A stretch of 64,000 nucleotides of DNA from Bacteroidota bacterium (GCA_040756745.1 JBFLYO010000003.1:15072-79071); one strand, 5' to 3'; counted from the stretch's first letter, positions 30,434-43,041 are shown. Notes: a model not told the origin generated them from the sequence alone. Made by a program: numbers and translations.

Positions 30434-31191
30434 GTGCCTCACTGTGCTCGGCGCGGCTCATCGCGAAGCTTCGCTCGGCGGAGTCGATCGTGGCATTTAC
30501 CGGTGCGGGCATGTCGGCGGAAAGCGGAGTCCCGACATTCCGCGGAACGGACGGCATCTGGGCCAGGTTCAAACCGGAAGAGCTGGCGAACATGGAAGCG
30601 TTCATGAGAAACCCCGCGCTGGTGTGGGAGTGGTACGCGGCGAGGAAGAAGATCATTGCGGAGGTCCAGCCCAACGCCGGCCATCGCGCGCTGGCCCGCA
30701 TGGAGGAGATCGTCCCGCGGTTCGCCATTATCACGCAGAACATTGATAACCTGCACCGCAGGGCCGGGAGCCGCACGGTCCACGAGCTGCACGGCAATAT
30801 CGAGCGGAACTACTGCATGAAGTGCGGCAAAGTCTACGGGAACGAGGATGTGCTCGGCCGAACCGGTCCGCTGGCGTGCAATGCCTGCGGCGGCTTGATC
30901 CGTCCCGACGTTGTCTGGTTCGGCGAGATGCTGCCGGAAGAGGAGTGGGACGCGTCGGTCCGTGCAGCGGAAGGGGCGGATCTGTTCCTCTCCATCGGAA
31001 CCTCCGGCGTCGTCTATCCGGCAGCGTCCATCCCGCTGATGGCCCGGCGGGCCGGTGCGTACATTGTGGAAATCAACCCCGAGCAAACACCGTTGACGCC
31101 GTATGTGGACGAGTTCCTTGAGGGAGCAGCAGGCAGCGTGCTGCCGGCGCTGGTCAAAGCCATGGCGGAGCTCAGGGAGAGCAAGGAGTAG
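30430..31191 (+). CDS. cobB: NAD-dependent protein deacylase (sirtuin, CobB family)
   Basis: GAGMSAESGVPTFRG, the QNIDNLH motif, a zinc-ribbon CxxC...CxxC and HG. The start overlaps the acylase stop (ATGA). Confidence 0.9.
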   Translation: MSASLCSARLIAKLRSAESIVAFTGAGMSAESGVPTFRGTDGIWARFKPEELANMEAFMRNPALVWEWYAARKKIIAEVQPNAGHRALARMEEIVPRFAIITQNIDNLHRRAGSRTVHELHGNIERNYCMKCGKVYGNEDVLGRTGPLACNACGGLIRPDVVWFGEMLPEEEWDASVRAAEGADLFLSIGTSGVVYPAASIPLMARRAGAYIVEINPEQTPLTPYVDEFLEGAAGSVLPALVKAMAELRESKE

Positions 31192-31194
31192 GCG

Positions 31195-31335
31195 GTAGGC
31201 AGAAGTCAGTAGGCAGAAATCAGAAGTCAGTAGGCAGAAATCAGAAGTCAGAAAGAAGCCCTAAACCTTAACCTTAATCTCAATCTCGATCTCAATCTCA
31301 ATCTCACTCTCGTTCTCAATGCCCCTCAAACGCTC
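31195..31335. repeat. Intergenic repeat block, family 1: GTAGGCAGAA in three copies (21-bp tandem unit GTCAGTAGGCAGAAATCAGAA), then CCTTAACCTTAA, then ATCTCAATCTCGATCTCAATCTCAATCTC
   Basis: Read directly from the sequence between the cobB stop and the pyk start. The same motifs recur at 32776-32884, 42440-42560, 43042-43100, 43340-43400, 47729-47815 and 47905-48003. Confidence 0.8.
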
Positions 31336-31344
31336 CCACCTGCT

Positions 31345-32781
31345 ATGACTGCGCAACCGAGCAGAACCCGGATTGTATGCACGCTTGGGCCTGCGTCGAG
31401 CAGCGTCGAGACGCTGACGGCGCTCATCGGGGCCGGGATGGACGTTGTGCGGCTGAACTTCTCGCACGGCACGCACGAGGAACACCGGGAGGCGCTGAGA
31501 AACGTCCGGGAAGCCGTGCGCGTGACCGGTCATGAAGTGGCGGTCCTCCAGGACCTCCAGGGACCGAAGATCAGAATCGGCGAACTGGAGGTGCCGTCGA
31601 TCGAGCTCCGTCAGGGAGAGGAATTCACGATCACGACGGACCCGGTCGTTGGCGGACGGGGGCGGGTCTCCACGACATATGCGGGGCTTCCTCACGATGT
31701 CCATCCGGGTGCGGATATCTTGCTCGATGATGGCCGGCTTCGGCTCCGGGTTCTCCGCGTTTGGGGAAATGATGTGGAGTGCGAGGTGATTGTCGGGGGA
31801 ACGCTCAGCTCCCACAAAGGGATAAACCTCCCGGGAGTAGCGGTCAGCGCGCCATCGTTCACGGACAAAGACCTGGATGACCTTGCGTTCGGGCTTGCCA
31901 GCGAGGTCGACTATCTCGCGCTCTCGTTCGTCAGGACGGCGGAAGACATCCGTCTCCTCCGTGCAGCAGCAGCACAGGCACCCCAGCATGCACGTATGCC
32001 GGTGATTGCGAAGATCGAAAAACCGCAGGCGGTAGCCAACATCGATGAGATCATTGCAGAGGCGGACGGAATCATGATTGCCCGCGGCGATCTGGGTGTA
32101 GAGCTTCCGCCGGAGGACGTCCCGGTTCTCCAGAAGATGATCATCAGGCGGTGCAACAACGCCGGCAAACCGGTGATCATCGCGACACAGATGTTGGAAT
32201 CCATGATTGCGAGCCCGATGCCGACACGGGCAGAGGCCAGCGACGTCGCCAATGCCGTGGTCGACGGGGGCGATGCGGTCATGCTGAGCGGCGAGACGTC
32301 GGTGGGAAAGTACCCCATTGACGCCGTTCGGATCATGGAGCGGATCATCCGGAAGGTCGAATCGGAACGGCTGGTGCGCCCCAGAATCCCCGCTGAACCC
32401 CGGTCGAGCGTAACAGACCGGCACGACGCCCTCGGCCGTTCGGCGTGTGTGCTTGCGGAACAGATGAGAGCGGCGGCGATCGTCACGGTGACCAACTCAG
32501 GCCAAACGGCGAGAGTGCTGGCGCGCTATAGGCCTGACCCGCAGATCATCGCCATCACCGACAGTCCAAGAACACTCCGGATGCTGAACATTGTCTGGGG
32601 GGTACGCGGGTTGCTGGTGGAGGGACTCGATGAAGACTCCGATCATGCGCTCGCCAGGGTGCAGGAACGGCTCGTGGCATCGGGTCTGGTGAAGCGGGGA
32701 GAATACATCGTGTTGCTTGCGGGGCAGCCGTTCTTCGCGAGGGGGGGGACGAATTTTATCAAGGTGGAAAAGATAGGTTAA
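31345..32781 (+). CDS. pyk: pyruvate kinase
   Basis: Canonical N-terminus (TRIVCTLGPASSSVETL...GMDVVRLNFSHG) and the MLSGETSVGKYP motif. Confidence 0.95.
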   Translation: MTAQPSRTRIVCTLGPASSSVETLTALIGAGMDVVRLNFSHGTHEEHREALRNVREAVRVTGHEVAVLQDLQGPKIRIGELEVPSIELRQGEEFTITTDPVVGGRGRVSTTYAGLPHDVHPGADILLDDGRLRLRVLRVWGNDVECEVIVGGTLSSHKGINLPGVAVSAPSFTDKDLDDLAFGLASEVDYLALSFVRTAEDIRLLRAAAAQAPQHARMPVIAKIEKPQAVANIDEIIAEADGIMIARGDLGVELPPEDVPVLQKMIIRRCNNAGKPVIIATQMLESMIASPMPTRAEASDVANAVVDGGDAVMLSGETSVGKYPIDAVRIMERIIRKVESERLVRPRIPAEPRSSVTDRHDALGRSACVLAEQMRAAAIVTVTNSGQTARVLARYRPDPQIIAITDSPRTLRMLNIVWGVRGLLVEGLDEDSDHALARVQERLVASGLVKRGEYIVLLAGQPFFARGGTNFIKVEKIG

Positions 32782-32884
32782 GGATAAGGTTAAGGTCAAG
32801 GTCGGTTGTCGCTTGAGGAGTGTGGATTGACAATTGTGGATTCCTCCCCTTAACCTTAACCTGCTCCATCCCTTAACCTTCTCA
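32776..32884. repeat. Family 1 inverted-repeat element (GGTTAAGGATAAGGTTAAGGTCAAGGTC ... CCCCTTAACCTTAACC ... CCCTTAACCTT) spanning the convergent pyk and STAS gene ends. Probable bidirectional terminator
   Basis: The arms are reverse-complementary AAGGTTAAGG/CCTTAACCTT runs about 40 bp apart. They overlap the stop codons of both flanking genes. Confidence 0.7.
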
Positions 32885-33205
32885 GTGCTTCACCCCCGCC
32901 TCCTGGATCTCAAACAACCTGTCCAGCATCGAGATCTTGAGCAGGCTGGTGACTTTCTTGTGGACGTGTACGAGCTTCACCCTCCCTCCATGTTCCTTCA
33001 TCTTCCGCTCGGCAATGAGGAGAGCGCTCAGACCGCTGCTGTCGCAGAAGTCCACTTCTGCGAGGTCGACAACGAGCGTTTCAACTTTCGGTTTGCAGAT
33101 GAGAAGAAACTCCCCCTTCAGTTCAGGGGCGACGGTGGAGTCGAGTTTCTTCTCCTTGAGTTTCAGCGTCGTGGACGCTCCGTTGTGCATGACTTCGAAC
33201 TTCAT
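32882..33205 (-). CDS. STAS-domain anti-sigma-factor antagonist (SpoIIAA-like)
   Basis: MKFEVMHNGASTTLKLKEKKLDS...VDLAEVDFCDSSGLSALL matches the SpoIIAA family. The start was chosen at MKFEV with an upstream GGAAGAGGG. Coordinates are taken from the ORF track (see the formatting note in the summary). Confidence 0.75.
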   Translation of the reverse strand: MKFEVMHNGASTTLKLKEKKLDSTVAPELKGEFLLICKPKVETLVVDLAEVDFCDSSGLSALLIAERKMKEHGGRVKLVHVHKKVTSLLKISMLDRLFEIQEAGVKH

Positions 33206-33765
33206 ACGCCCTCTTCCGCGAAGAACATCGTGAGACAATGCGCGAGCCGCTCGTAGGCATTTCCTCGGTGTGAGTCGGGGTCCAGTCGGACCTGGAAGTT
33301 ATAAAAAGTGTCTGCGTGCGGGTTGGCAAAGCCCGCGCGAATGCGCGCGTGACTTTCCCTACAAATATAGCCGGAGGGAAGGATGAAGTCAAGGTTAAGG
33401 TCCACGGCCAGGTCGTACTGACGGGCATGGACGCGGTCGATGACGACCTGGCGCGGCAGGAAGAACGGGTTCACCTCGTCCGGCGCAATCGTGATCACAC
33501 GGCTGCGGGGAAGAAGGCGTTCGAAGGAATCGCGGGAAAGCGTCGTGACCACGGTCATGTGTCCCTCCTCGAAGCGGGCCCGATACGGTGCGAGAAGCAC
33601 GAGATGATCGGCCCCGGCGGCAGGCCAGAGCGGCAGGATAATCAAAACCGACTCCGCTTCCGGGAGTGCGTGAGAAAACGAAATCACTTTCTCGCGGGAC
33701 TTTCGGTAACGGAATCGGGCCGCCAGCATGCCGACGGATCGGCGCAGAGATCGGAGCATCAACAC
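33202..33765 (-). CDS. hypothetical protein (no family recognised) between ligA and the STAS gene
   Basis: 187-aa ORF with a GTG start 1 nt after the ligA stop; its stop abuts the STAS start. No motif recognised. Confidence 0.4.
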   Translation of the reverse strand: MLMLRSLRRSVGMLAARFRYRKSREKVISFSHALPEAESVLIILPLWPAAGADHLVLLAPYRARFEEGHMTVVTTLSRDSFERLLPRSRVITIAPDEVNPFFLPRQVVIDRVHARQYDLAVDLNLDFILPSGYICRESHARIRAGFANPHADTFYNFQVRLDPDSHRGNAYERLAHCLTMFFAEEGV

Positions 33766-33766
33766 C

Positions 33767-36530
<2,764 letters not shown>

Positions 36531-36534
<4 letters not shown>

Positions 36535-38783
36535 GGCATCTGCGCCTCCGCCGCTGCTGGCGCCCGCGCGTCGAGTACTTGACGCACTTTCATGGCGAGC
36601 AGTTCAAGCTGGAACGGCTTCTGCACGAAGCCGTTGACTTGCGTCGAGAAGCTCGATGTTTCCACTCCCTCGCGGCCGTAGCCGGTGACGATGATAATGC
36701 GGACGGAAGGATTAATGCTGCGGAGCACCTCGAAGGCCTGCTTTCCTCCCATCACGGGCATGTTGATGTCGAGCAGGACAAGGTCAATCGATCCCTGCCG
36801 GGTGCGGTAGAGATCCGCCCCCGATTTCCCGTCGTGCTCCACGTAGATGGTGTAGCCGAGGCCCGCCAGCATGTCCCGTGCAATCTCGCACACGCTGATC
36901 TCGTCATCGATGATGAGAATGTTTTCGCGGCCGCGTGGCAGGCGTTGGCGGCGCTGGCGAGCTGCAGCGGGAGCTGTAGCTATGGAGCGGGGGAGGTAGA
37001 CGGAAAACGTCGTCCCACGGTGCGGTTGACTCTCCAGATTGATAAAGCCGCCGTGACTTTGCACGACGCCGTACACCACGGAAAGGCCGAGCCCCGTGCC
37101 GGAGTCCTTGGTGGTAAAGAACGGCTCGAAAACGCGGTTCTGGATTGAGCGCTCTATGCCATGCCCGGTGTCGGTGACCTGGATGAGGACGAACGGTCCC
37201 GGCTTGATGGAGGAGAACTGGCTGGTGGTATGCGCATCGGCGATCGTTACGCTGGTCGAGACGGTGAGCGTGCCGCCGTTCGGCATGGCGTCGCGGGCAT
37301 TCAGAAACAGATTGAGCAGGGCCTGCTGGATTTGCCCGTCGTCCCCGTCCACCGCTGCAACCGCCGGGGTCAGGTTGGTCACCACGGCGATCTCCTTGGT
37401 AACGCTTCGCTGAAAGAGGTGGAGTGTTTCCTCGATCAGGGCGTTGATATTGACCGGCTTGACGATGGTCTCCGTCTTGCGCGCGAACGTGAGGAGCTGG
37501 CGGGTGAGGGCGGACCCGCGCCGGGCGGATGACTCGATGATCTCGACGTATTTGTAGAGCTTAGATTTCTCGGTGAGCCGGCGGCGCATGATCGATGCGG
37601 AACCGAGAACAGCCGCCAGGATGTTGTTGAAGTCATGGGCGATCCCGCCGGCAAGGTTTCCGATGCTGTCGATCTTCTGGGCGTGGAGGAGAGCTCCTTC
37701 CATCTTCTTGCGCTCGGTGATGTCGCGCGCGACGATGCGGGCATTGACCGTCGCCCCCTGCTCGTCGAACACCAGCGACGAATTGAGTGTGACAAAGAGG
37801 TGCTGGCCATCGCGCGTGGCAAGCTGCTCCTCGACGTCCTTGAGGCCCTTGCCCTCGGCAAACATCGCCTCCACGAGTGCACGCACCTCGCTACGGCGGC
37901 TCTCGACGAAGAACTGCTCAAAGGGCTTGCCGGTGATCTCCTGCTTCGGCCTTCCCATGATTGCCGCCCCCGTCGTGTTGCAGCCGACGACAATATGCTG
38001 CCGGCTGACGCTCAGGTAGATATCGGGAGCATTTTCAAAGAGGTCGATGTACTGCTTCTCTGATTCCTTCAGCCGGTCAAACAGCCGGGCGTTGTTGAGG
38101 GCAACGCTGATCTGGTTGCCGAAGGCCTCAACGAGCTCGGCCTGCTTGAGAGTGAACATCTCGTAGTCACGCCCGGCGACGATCAGCGCGCCGGCCACAG
38201 TGTCTTTGACTTTCAGCGGGACCGACGCCCAGAACTGTACGCCCATTGCCTTGAACACGGGATCGATATGCCCGAGCCGTTCGTGCTGACGCTCTCTCTG
38301 CACATGGGGCTGCTGGAGCCAGAGTCCCGGCGTACTCGACGAGGGATCGTTGGCGGGAAGGAAGCGCAGCGTGGTGCCTTTGGAGAACTTCTGGATAAGC
38401 GAATCACCCTCCAGCATGTAGATCCACCCGAAGTCGGTCCCCAGCAGCTCGGTAATCTTATCCAGCGCCGTCTGGAGGACGACGTCGAGGTCGACCACCT
38501 GGTTGACAGCTTCTGCGATGGTGTTCATGGCGAGCAGCTGGCGGCGCTGCTCGTCGAGCTGGCGGCTGTAGCGAAGCGAGAAGTAGACGTTGGTAAACCC
38601 TATCGTCCCCACCGTGAGGATGCTGATGAAGTCCATCAGCCGCGGCGACTGCCCGGTGACGACCATAGCGCTGATGATCGTCGCCATTGAGACGATCACC
38701 GCCGTCGAGGCCACAATCTGCGCCTGTTCGACCGGCCCGAGGTTTTTGATGAACTGGCGAAGGACGGAAAAGGGATTCTTCAT
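36531..38783 (-). CDS. hybrid sensor histidine kinase (TM, GAF, PAS, HisKA, HATPase_c, C-terminal REC)
   Basis: H-box GGIAHDFNNIL, G-boxes DTGHGIE and GTGLGLSVV, and a receiver domain (LIIDDE...DLVLLDINMP). Confidence 0.85.
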
Positions 38784-38847
38784 CAGCGCTAAGGTAGGAA
38801 AACGGGACGTAAAGAAAAAGAGGAGAGAGAGGAGAAAGAATTTCGGA

Positions 38848-38950
38848 AGGCGGAGTGCGGATTGCGGAACGGAAGTTCAGATGTGCGATTTGTGATTTCG
38901 GATGTGCCTTTACTTCATTCCGCAATCCGCGCTCCGCAATCCGCAATATA
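38848..38950. repeat. Family 2 palindromic element (GGCGGAGTGCGGATTGCGGAACGGAAG ... CATTCCGCAATCCGCGCTCCGCAATCCGCAATA) between the hybrid kinase start and the hup stop
   Basis: Imperfect inverted repeat about 100 bp long built from TGCGGATTGCGGA/TCCGCAATCCGCA units. Related copies are at 48455-48482 and 56692-56782. Confidence 0.7.
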
Positions 38951-39012
38951 GTGCAGCCCCACCGGGGGAAGGCAGGGCTGCGGTGCTTGCTGCGTATAAG
39001 CCCGCGAGGGGG

Positions 39013-39309
39013 TTACATGACGGGCTTCTTCGGCAGCACGGCTTCTTTGCATGCCTTGGCGACGCGGAACTTCACGACGGTCTTTGCCGGAATCTGAATC
39101 TGCTCGCCCGTCTTCGGATTGCGTCCGATGCGCGCCTTGCGATTCACGAGCACGAGCTTGCCGATGCCGGGAATCGTGAAGGAATTCTTCGCCTCCTTGT
39201 AAGCAAGATTCGCGAGCTCCTCGAACATCGACGCCACCATCTTCTTCTTCAAATCGAACTTCTTGGCAAAGTGCGCGATGGTCGCGGTCTTCGACATTTG
39301 TTTACCCAT
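39013..39309 (-). CDS. hup: HU family DNA-binding protein
   Basis: Canonical HU/IHF sequence with the arm RNPKTGEQIQIPAKTVVKFRVAK. Confidence 0.9.
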   Translation of the reverse strand: MGKQMSKTATIAHFAKKFDLKKKMVASMFEELANLAYKEAKNSFTIPGIGKLVLVNRKARIGRNPKTGEQIQIPAKTVVKFRVAKACKEAVLPKKPVM

Positions 39310-39520
39310 TGAACCTCCCTACAAGAATTGTGATTGAATTCGTTTTCAGTCCGGCAGCAAAATCACCCTTGTATTTGCAAGGGAGTTGCTGCAATGCCGG
39401 CTCGTTTCAGACAAATAAACGAAAAAAAGGCCAATAAATACAAGGGAAAATCAAACTGTTACCGGATCGAACAGAAGTTGAATCCGCTGTAAATCGTGTA
39501 AGCCGCTGATAAATAATGGG

Positions 39521-41539
39521 TTATTGGTCAGAAGGCTCGACGACCGTAGTCTCTCCGTCGGCCCCCAAAATCTCAACCGGACAGCGTGGAAGCGAGGAAA
39601 TGAAGGCCCTGCCGTAACTTTTGTGCAGGATGCGGGAATCGAGCACCGTGACCACCCCTTTATCGTCACGGGTTCTGATGAGTCGCCCGGCACCCTGCTT
39701 GAATTTTAGGACGGCTTCTGGCAGCACGTATTCGAGGAAGGAATTCCCACCTCGTGCGGCGATCGCTTCAAGCCGCGCTTCTATCAGCGGATGGTTCGGG
39801 GCTGCAAAAGGAAGTCGAGTGATGATCACATGCTCGAGCGCCTCGCCCGGCACGTCCACGCCCATCCAGAAACTGTCAAGGCCGAAGAGAACTGAGCTGA
39901 TGTCTTCCTTGAAGTTCTCAAGCAGCTCATGACGTTGTCCATCGATCCCCTGCACCATCATGCGGATTCCCCGCTCGGAGAGTTCGGGGGCAAGTGTGGC
40001 GGCCGCAGAGCGCATCATTGCGGCGCTTGTGAAGAGCACCAGGGCTTTCCCCTGGGTCCGTTCAATGCTCCGGAGAATCCACCCTGGAAGTTCCTGCGCG
40101 TGCGCATCGCTGTCCGGCTCCGGGACATCTCGTGCGAGGCAGAGGGTCATCTGCCGCGAGTGGTCAAAGGGGGAGCCGAGGATAAGGGGCGTCGCATCAT
40201 CGGCGCCGACGCGGGCGCGGAAATAATCGAGCGAGCCATTCACAGAGAGTGTCGCACTCGTCATGATGACCGGCGTTTGCTCGCGAAACAGACGAGGACC
40301 CAGAACCTCCCCGACGTCAGAGGGAGACGCAACGAGCATCACATTTCCTGAAGGCGGAAGCTCCACCCAGTACGTGAGCTGGTCTCCGGTCTGATCGAGG
40401 AATGCCTGAACGCTGGTGCGCACCTCCTGCAATGATCGGCGGGCGGAGGCGAGCTCCTGGGACTGGAAGAGGTCGGCCGACTTTTCTTCGGCCTGCTTGA
40501 GGAAGCTCTCGACGGCGAGGAACGGTTCATCGATGGCATTGACCGCGACGCCGGGGGCCCTGATACGAATCTCCTGCCTGGGACCGTAGCCGCTGCCCGA
40601 TGGGGGCGCGAGAGCGCGTGCTGCCCGCGAGATGGTTCCGAAGAATTCATCGATCGCCGCTTCGGCCGACTCGAATATTGCCACCGGCTTTCTACGTCGT
40701 CCGCCGAGGAGCCCCTTCTTCGTCTTCGGATTATAGATTCTGTGGAGGGCCAGCAGGGCGGCTCGGCGCGACAGCTTCAGACCGAGCCCTGCCCCCGCGA
40801 CCGCCTCGAGCGTATGGGCCTCATCGAATATGACAAAATCGTCCGGGAAGATGAAGTGGTCTTCAGATTCATTAATGGCGAAGAGGGAAAAGAAGAGGGC
40901 ATGGTTCAGGATCAGCAGGTGGGCTTCGCGTGCCCGCACTTTCGCCCGCTGGAAGAAACATCGCTGACCGCAGACGCCGGAGCTGCAGGTTCCCTGCTCG
41001 GAGCAGACCATTTCCCAGACATCGGGACGAGGTGAGAAATCGAGTCCCTCCATGTCGCCGTCGGGCGTGTGTGATGCCCAGGCCTGTATGCGCGCAAGCT
41101 GTTCCGCGCCATTCAGATCGAACATCGACGATGGTGAAGCGACGGCATGAGCAAGGCGGGTGGTGCAGAGGTAGTTACGGCGACCCTTGAGGGTCGCAGC
41201 CACGACGGGCTTTCCTATCAGCGAGCGGGCGATCGGGATGTCTTTCTGGATCAATTGCTCCTGCAGGTTCTTGGTGTGGGTGGAGACGATCGCCTTCTGG
41301 TTTCGCTCGAGGGCGTACAGAAGGGCAGGGACAAGGTAGGCAAGGGTCTTGCCGACGCCGGTGGGGGCTTCCACGATAAGGTGGCTTCGCTCCTCCAGAG
41401 CCGAGGCGACCGCCGCGGCCATCTCCTCCTGCTGGGGCCGATGTTCATATCCTTTGCGCTGAGCGAGCGTGCCTGATGGAGAGAAGATGTGTTCAACCGT
41501 GGAGCGGAGGTGTTCCATATCCAATTGCAAGGTAACCAT
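39521..41539 (-). CDS. dinG: ATP-dependent DNA helicase, DinG/Rad3 family
   Basis: Walker A EAPTGVGKTLAYLVPAL, DEAH-like FIFDEAH, and a helicase C_2 region with TSATL and GRLIR-like motifs. Confidence 0.8.
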   Translation of the reverse strand: MVTLQLDMEHLRSTVEHIFSPSGTLAQRKGYEHRPQQEEMAAAVASALEERSHLIVEAPTGVGKTLAYLVPALLYALERNQKAIVSTHTKNLQEQLIQKDIPIARSLIGKPVVAATLKGRRNYLCTTRLAHAVASPSSMFDLNGAEQLARIQAWASHTPDGDMEGLDFSPRPDVWEMVCSEQGTCSSGVCGQRCFFQRAKVRAREAHLLILNHALFFSLFAINESEDHFIFPDDFVIFDEAHTLEAVAGAGLGLKLSRRAALLALHRIYNPKTKKGLLGGRRRKPVAIFESAEAAIDEFFGTISRAARALAPPSGSGYGPRQEIRIRAPGVAVNAIDEPFLAVESFLKQAEEKSADLFQSQELASARRSLQEVRTSVQAFLDQTGDQLTYWVELPPSGNVMLVASPSDVGEVLGPRLFREQTPVIMTSATLSVNGSLDYFRARVGADDATPLILGSPFDHSRQMTLCLARDVPEPDSDAHAQELPGWILRSIERTQGKALVLFTSAAMMRSAAATLAPELSERGIRMMVQGIDGQRHELLENFKEDISSVLFGLDSFWMGVDVPGEALEHVIITRLPFAAPNHPLIEARLEAIAARGGNSFLEYVLPEAVLKFKQGAGRLIRTRDDKGVVTVLDSRILHKSYGRAFISSLPRCPVEILGADGETTVVEPSDQ

Positions 41540-41599
41540 TCGGGCGGTTGCATGCCACCGCCTGTATTTTCTGCAGTATTTCTCTTATCATGGAACCTC

Positions 41600-42433
41600 A
41601 TGCGCAGACCAGTTATGGTTACAGTATTCGTTTCGACGACCTTTTGCAGCACCGCCTGGTGCGGGGGCGTTGATACTCTGGCAGCGAGCCGGCCGTCGGC
41701 AATCTCGAACATGGAGAAGGATGGTCTGACGTTTCTTCGAGGTGCAGGGCATATTTTCTCAGCACCCGGACGATGGGGGGGAGAGGATTGGTTGATGGCG
41801 GGCGCCGTTGGGGTGGGGACAGGAGGGGCAATGTTCCTGGACAACGACATGCGGGAGTTGATGCAAAGGAGTCAGAGCGGTGGGGCAGACAAGATCAGCG
41901 ACATTTCCGTCGAGTACGGTTCGGGCGTGAATATGCTCCTTCTTTCTGCCGGCGGATATGCAGCGGGGTTGATCTTTGAGGAGGACTGGCTACGTGAGAC
42001 GGCGATGCTGAGCGGGTCGGCGATACTGATTGCGGGTGTGGTGTCCACCGTGACGAAGGTTGTGGCCGGCAGGGCGCGCCCCTACACCGGCTTGGGATCA
42101 GGGATGTGGAGGCCGTTTTCGCTCAAGGTCGATTACGAGTCGTTCCCCTCGGGTCATGTGATCGTCGCGTTTGCAGTCAGCGGGGTGCTTGCCGAGCGGA
42201 TCGGGAATCCCTGGGCGACGGTCGGGTTGTACGGCCTCGCGGCGGCTACCGCCTGGTCGCGGATGTACACCGACCATCACTGGTTTTCGGACGTCATCCT
42301 CGCCGCGGCGATATCGGTGTCGGTGAGCAGGTCGCTAGTCCAATGGTATGAAGGGGAGAGCAAGGGGGAGAGTGATGAGGGGATTGGAATTGTGCCGATG
42401 CGTGGGGGGATCGGATTAATCCTGGTGTTCTGA
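41600..42433 (+). CDS. PAP2 family (type 2 phosphatidic acid phosphatase-like) membrane protein
   Basis: PAP2 motifs KVVAGRARP, PSGH and SRMYTDHHWFSDV. The start was chosen at MRRPVMV (41600), after the divergent dinG start. Confidence 0.75.
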   Translation: MRRPVMVTVFVSTTFCSTAWCGGVDTLAASRPSAISNMEKDGLTFLRGAGHIFSAPGRWGGEDWLMAGAVGVGTGGAMFLDNDMRELMQRSQSGGADKISDISVEYGSGVNMLLLSAGGYAAGLIFEEDWLRETAMLSGSAILIAGVVSTVTKVVAGRARPYTGLGSGMWRPFSLKVDYESFPSGHVIVAFAVSGVLAERIGNPWATVGLYGLAAATAWSRMYTDHHWFSDVILAAAISVSVSRSLVQWYEGESKGESDEGIGIVPMRGGIGLILVF

Positions 42434-42440
42434 AGAATAC

Positions 42441-42560
42441 CGCAGAGACGCAGAGTGATAGCCTGAACTCGAGCCCTGGATTCAGATTGAGGGGATGGGC
42501 CCTCACCCTCACCTCAAACTCAATCTTGATCTCAATCTGAATCTTCTCTGCGTCTCTGCG
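42441..42560. repeat. Nested palindromic family 1 element upstream of the DUF2147 gene
   Basis: Outer arms CCGCAGAGACGCAGAG / CTCTGCGTCTCTGCGCCTCTGCGG. Inner arms GATTCAGATTGAGGGG / CTCAAACTCAATCTTGATCTCAATCTGAATC. Confidence 0.7.
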
Positions 42561-42585
42561 CCTCTGCGGCAAAAATAACAAAGGG

Positions 42586-43041
42586 GTGTCTATGCGCTTT
42601 CTGCTGGTCCTTTCGCTCCGGATCCTGGGTTTAACGTTTGCCCGGGATGATCCTCGTGCCGGCGATGCGATTCTTGGCCAATGGCTCACGGCCGAGTCTG
42701 AATCACGGATCGAGATCTACAAATGCGACAGCATCACCTACTGCGGCCGGATTGTCTGGCTGCGCGACCCACTGAAGGAGGGGAAGCCGGTGGTGGACGA
42801 TAAGAACCCGGAGGAATCATTACGGAACCGGCCGGTGATGGGGCTGGAGCTGCTGAGGGGCTTCACCTACGACGGGGACGGCGTTTGGGCGGGCGGGAAG
42901 ATTTACGATCCGAAGAGCGGGAATGATTACAGTGCGAAGATGCGGCTGACCAGTGATTCAACGCTGAACCTTCGCGGGTATGTACTCATTCCGCTCTTTG
43001 GCAGGACTGAGGGGTGGGTGCGGGTGAAGAAAGCAGATTGA
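42586..43041 (+). CDS. DUF2147 domain-containing secreted protein
   Basis: Signal peptide. The pattern GQWLTAE...IEIYKCDSITYCGRIVWL...GGKIYDPKSGNDYSAKMRL...LNLRGY matches DUF2147. Confidence 0.7.
   Translation: MSMRFLLVLSLRILGLTFARDDPRAGDAILGQWLTAESESRIEIYKCDSITYCGRIVWLRDPLKEGKPVVDDKNPEESLRNRPVMGLELLRGFTYDGDGVWAGGKIYDPKSGNDYSAKMRLTSDSTLNLRGYVLIPLFGRTEGWVRVKKAD

Noticed and set aside
29411-30442. 343-aa minus-strand ORF, and the 23694-24713 and 5874-6863 minus-strand ORFs
   Set aside because: They are antisense to the penicillin acylase, amidohydrolase and glycosyltransferase genes respectively. No independent support.
31195-31260. 21-bp tandem repeats and (CCTTAA)n as a possible CRISPR array
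   Set aside because: The units are contiguous with no unique spacers, are far too short and few, and there are no cas genes.
31261-32424. 387-aa minus-strand ORF containing the 5-mer unit EIEIEIEIEIKVKV
   Set aside because: It is antisense to pyruvate kinase, which is unambiguously real. The ORF is a high-GC shadow plus translation of the intergenic repeat block.
33181-33300. Apparent frameshift/stop inside the STAS gene and its antisense partner when reading the printed bases
   Set aside because: The printed lines 33181-33300 seem to start with a duplicated c and lose a t at the 33300/33301 boundary. Protein translations and coordinates in the ORF track are consistent with each other. I treated this as a formatting artefact, not a biological frameshift.
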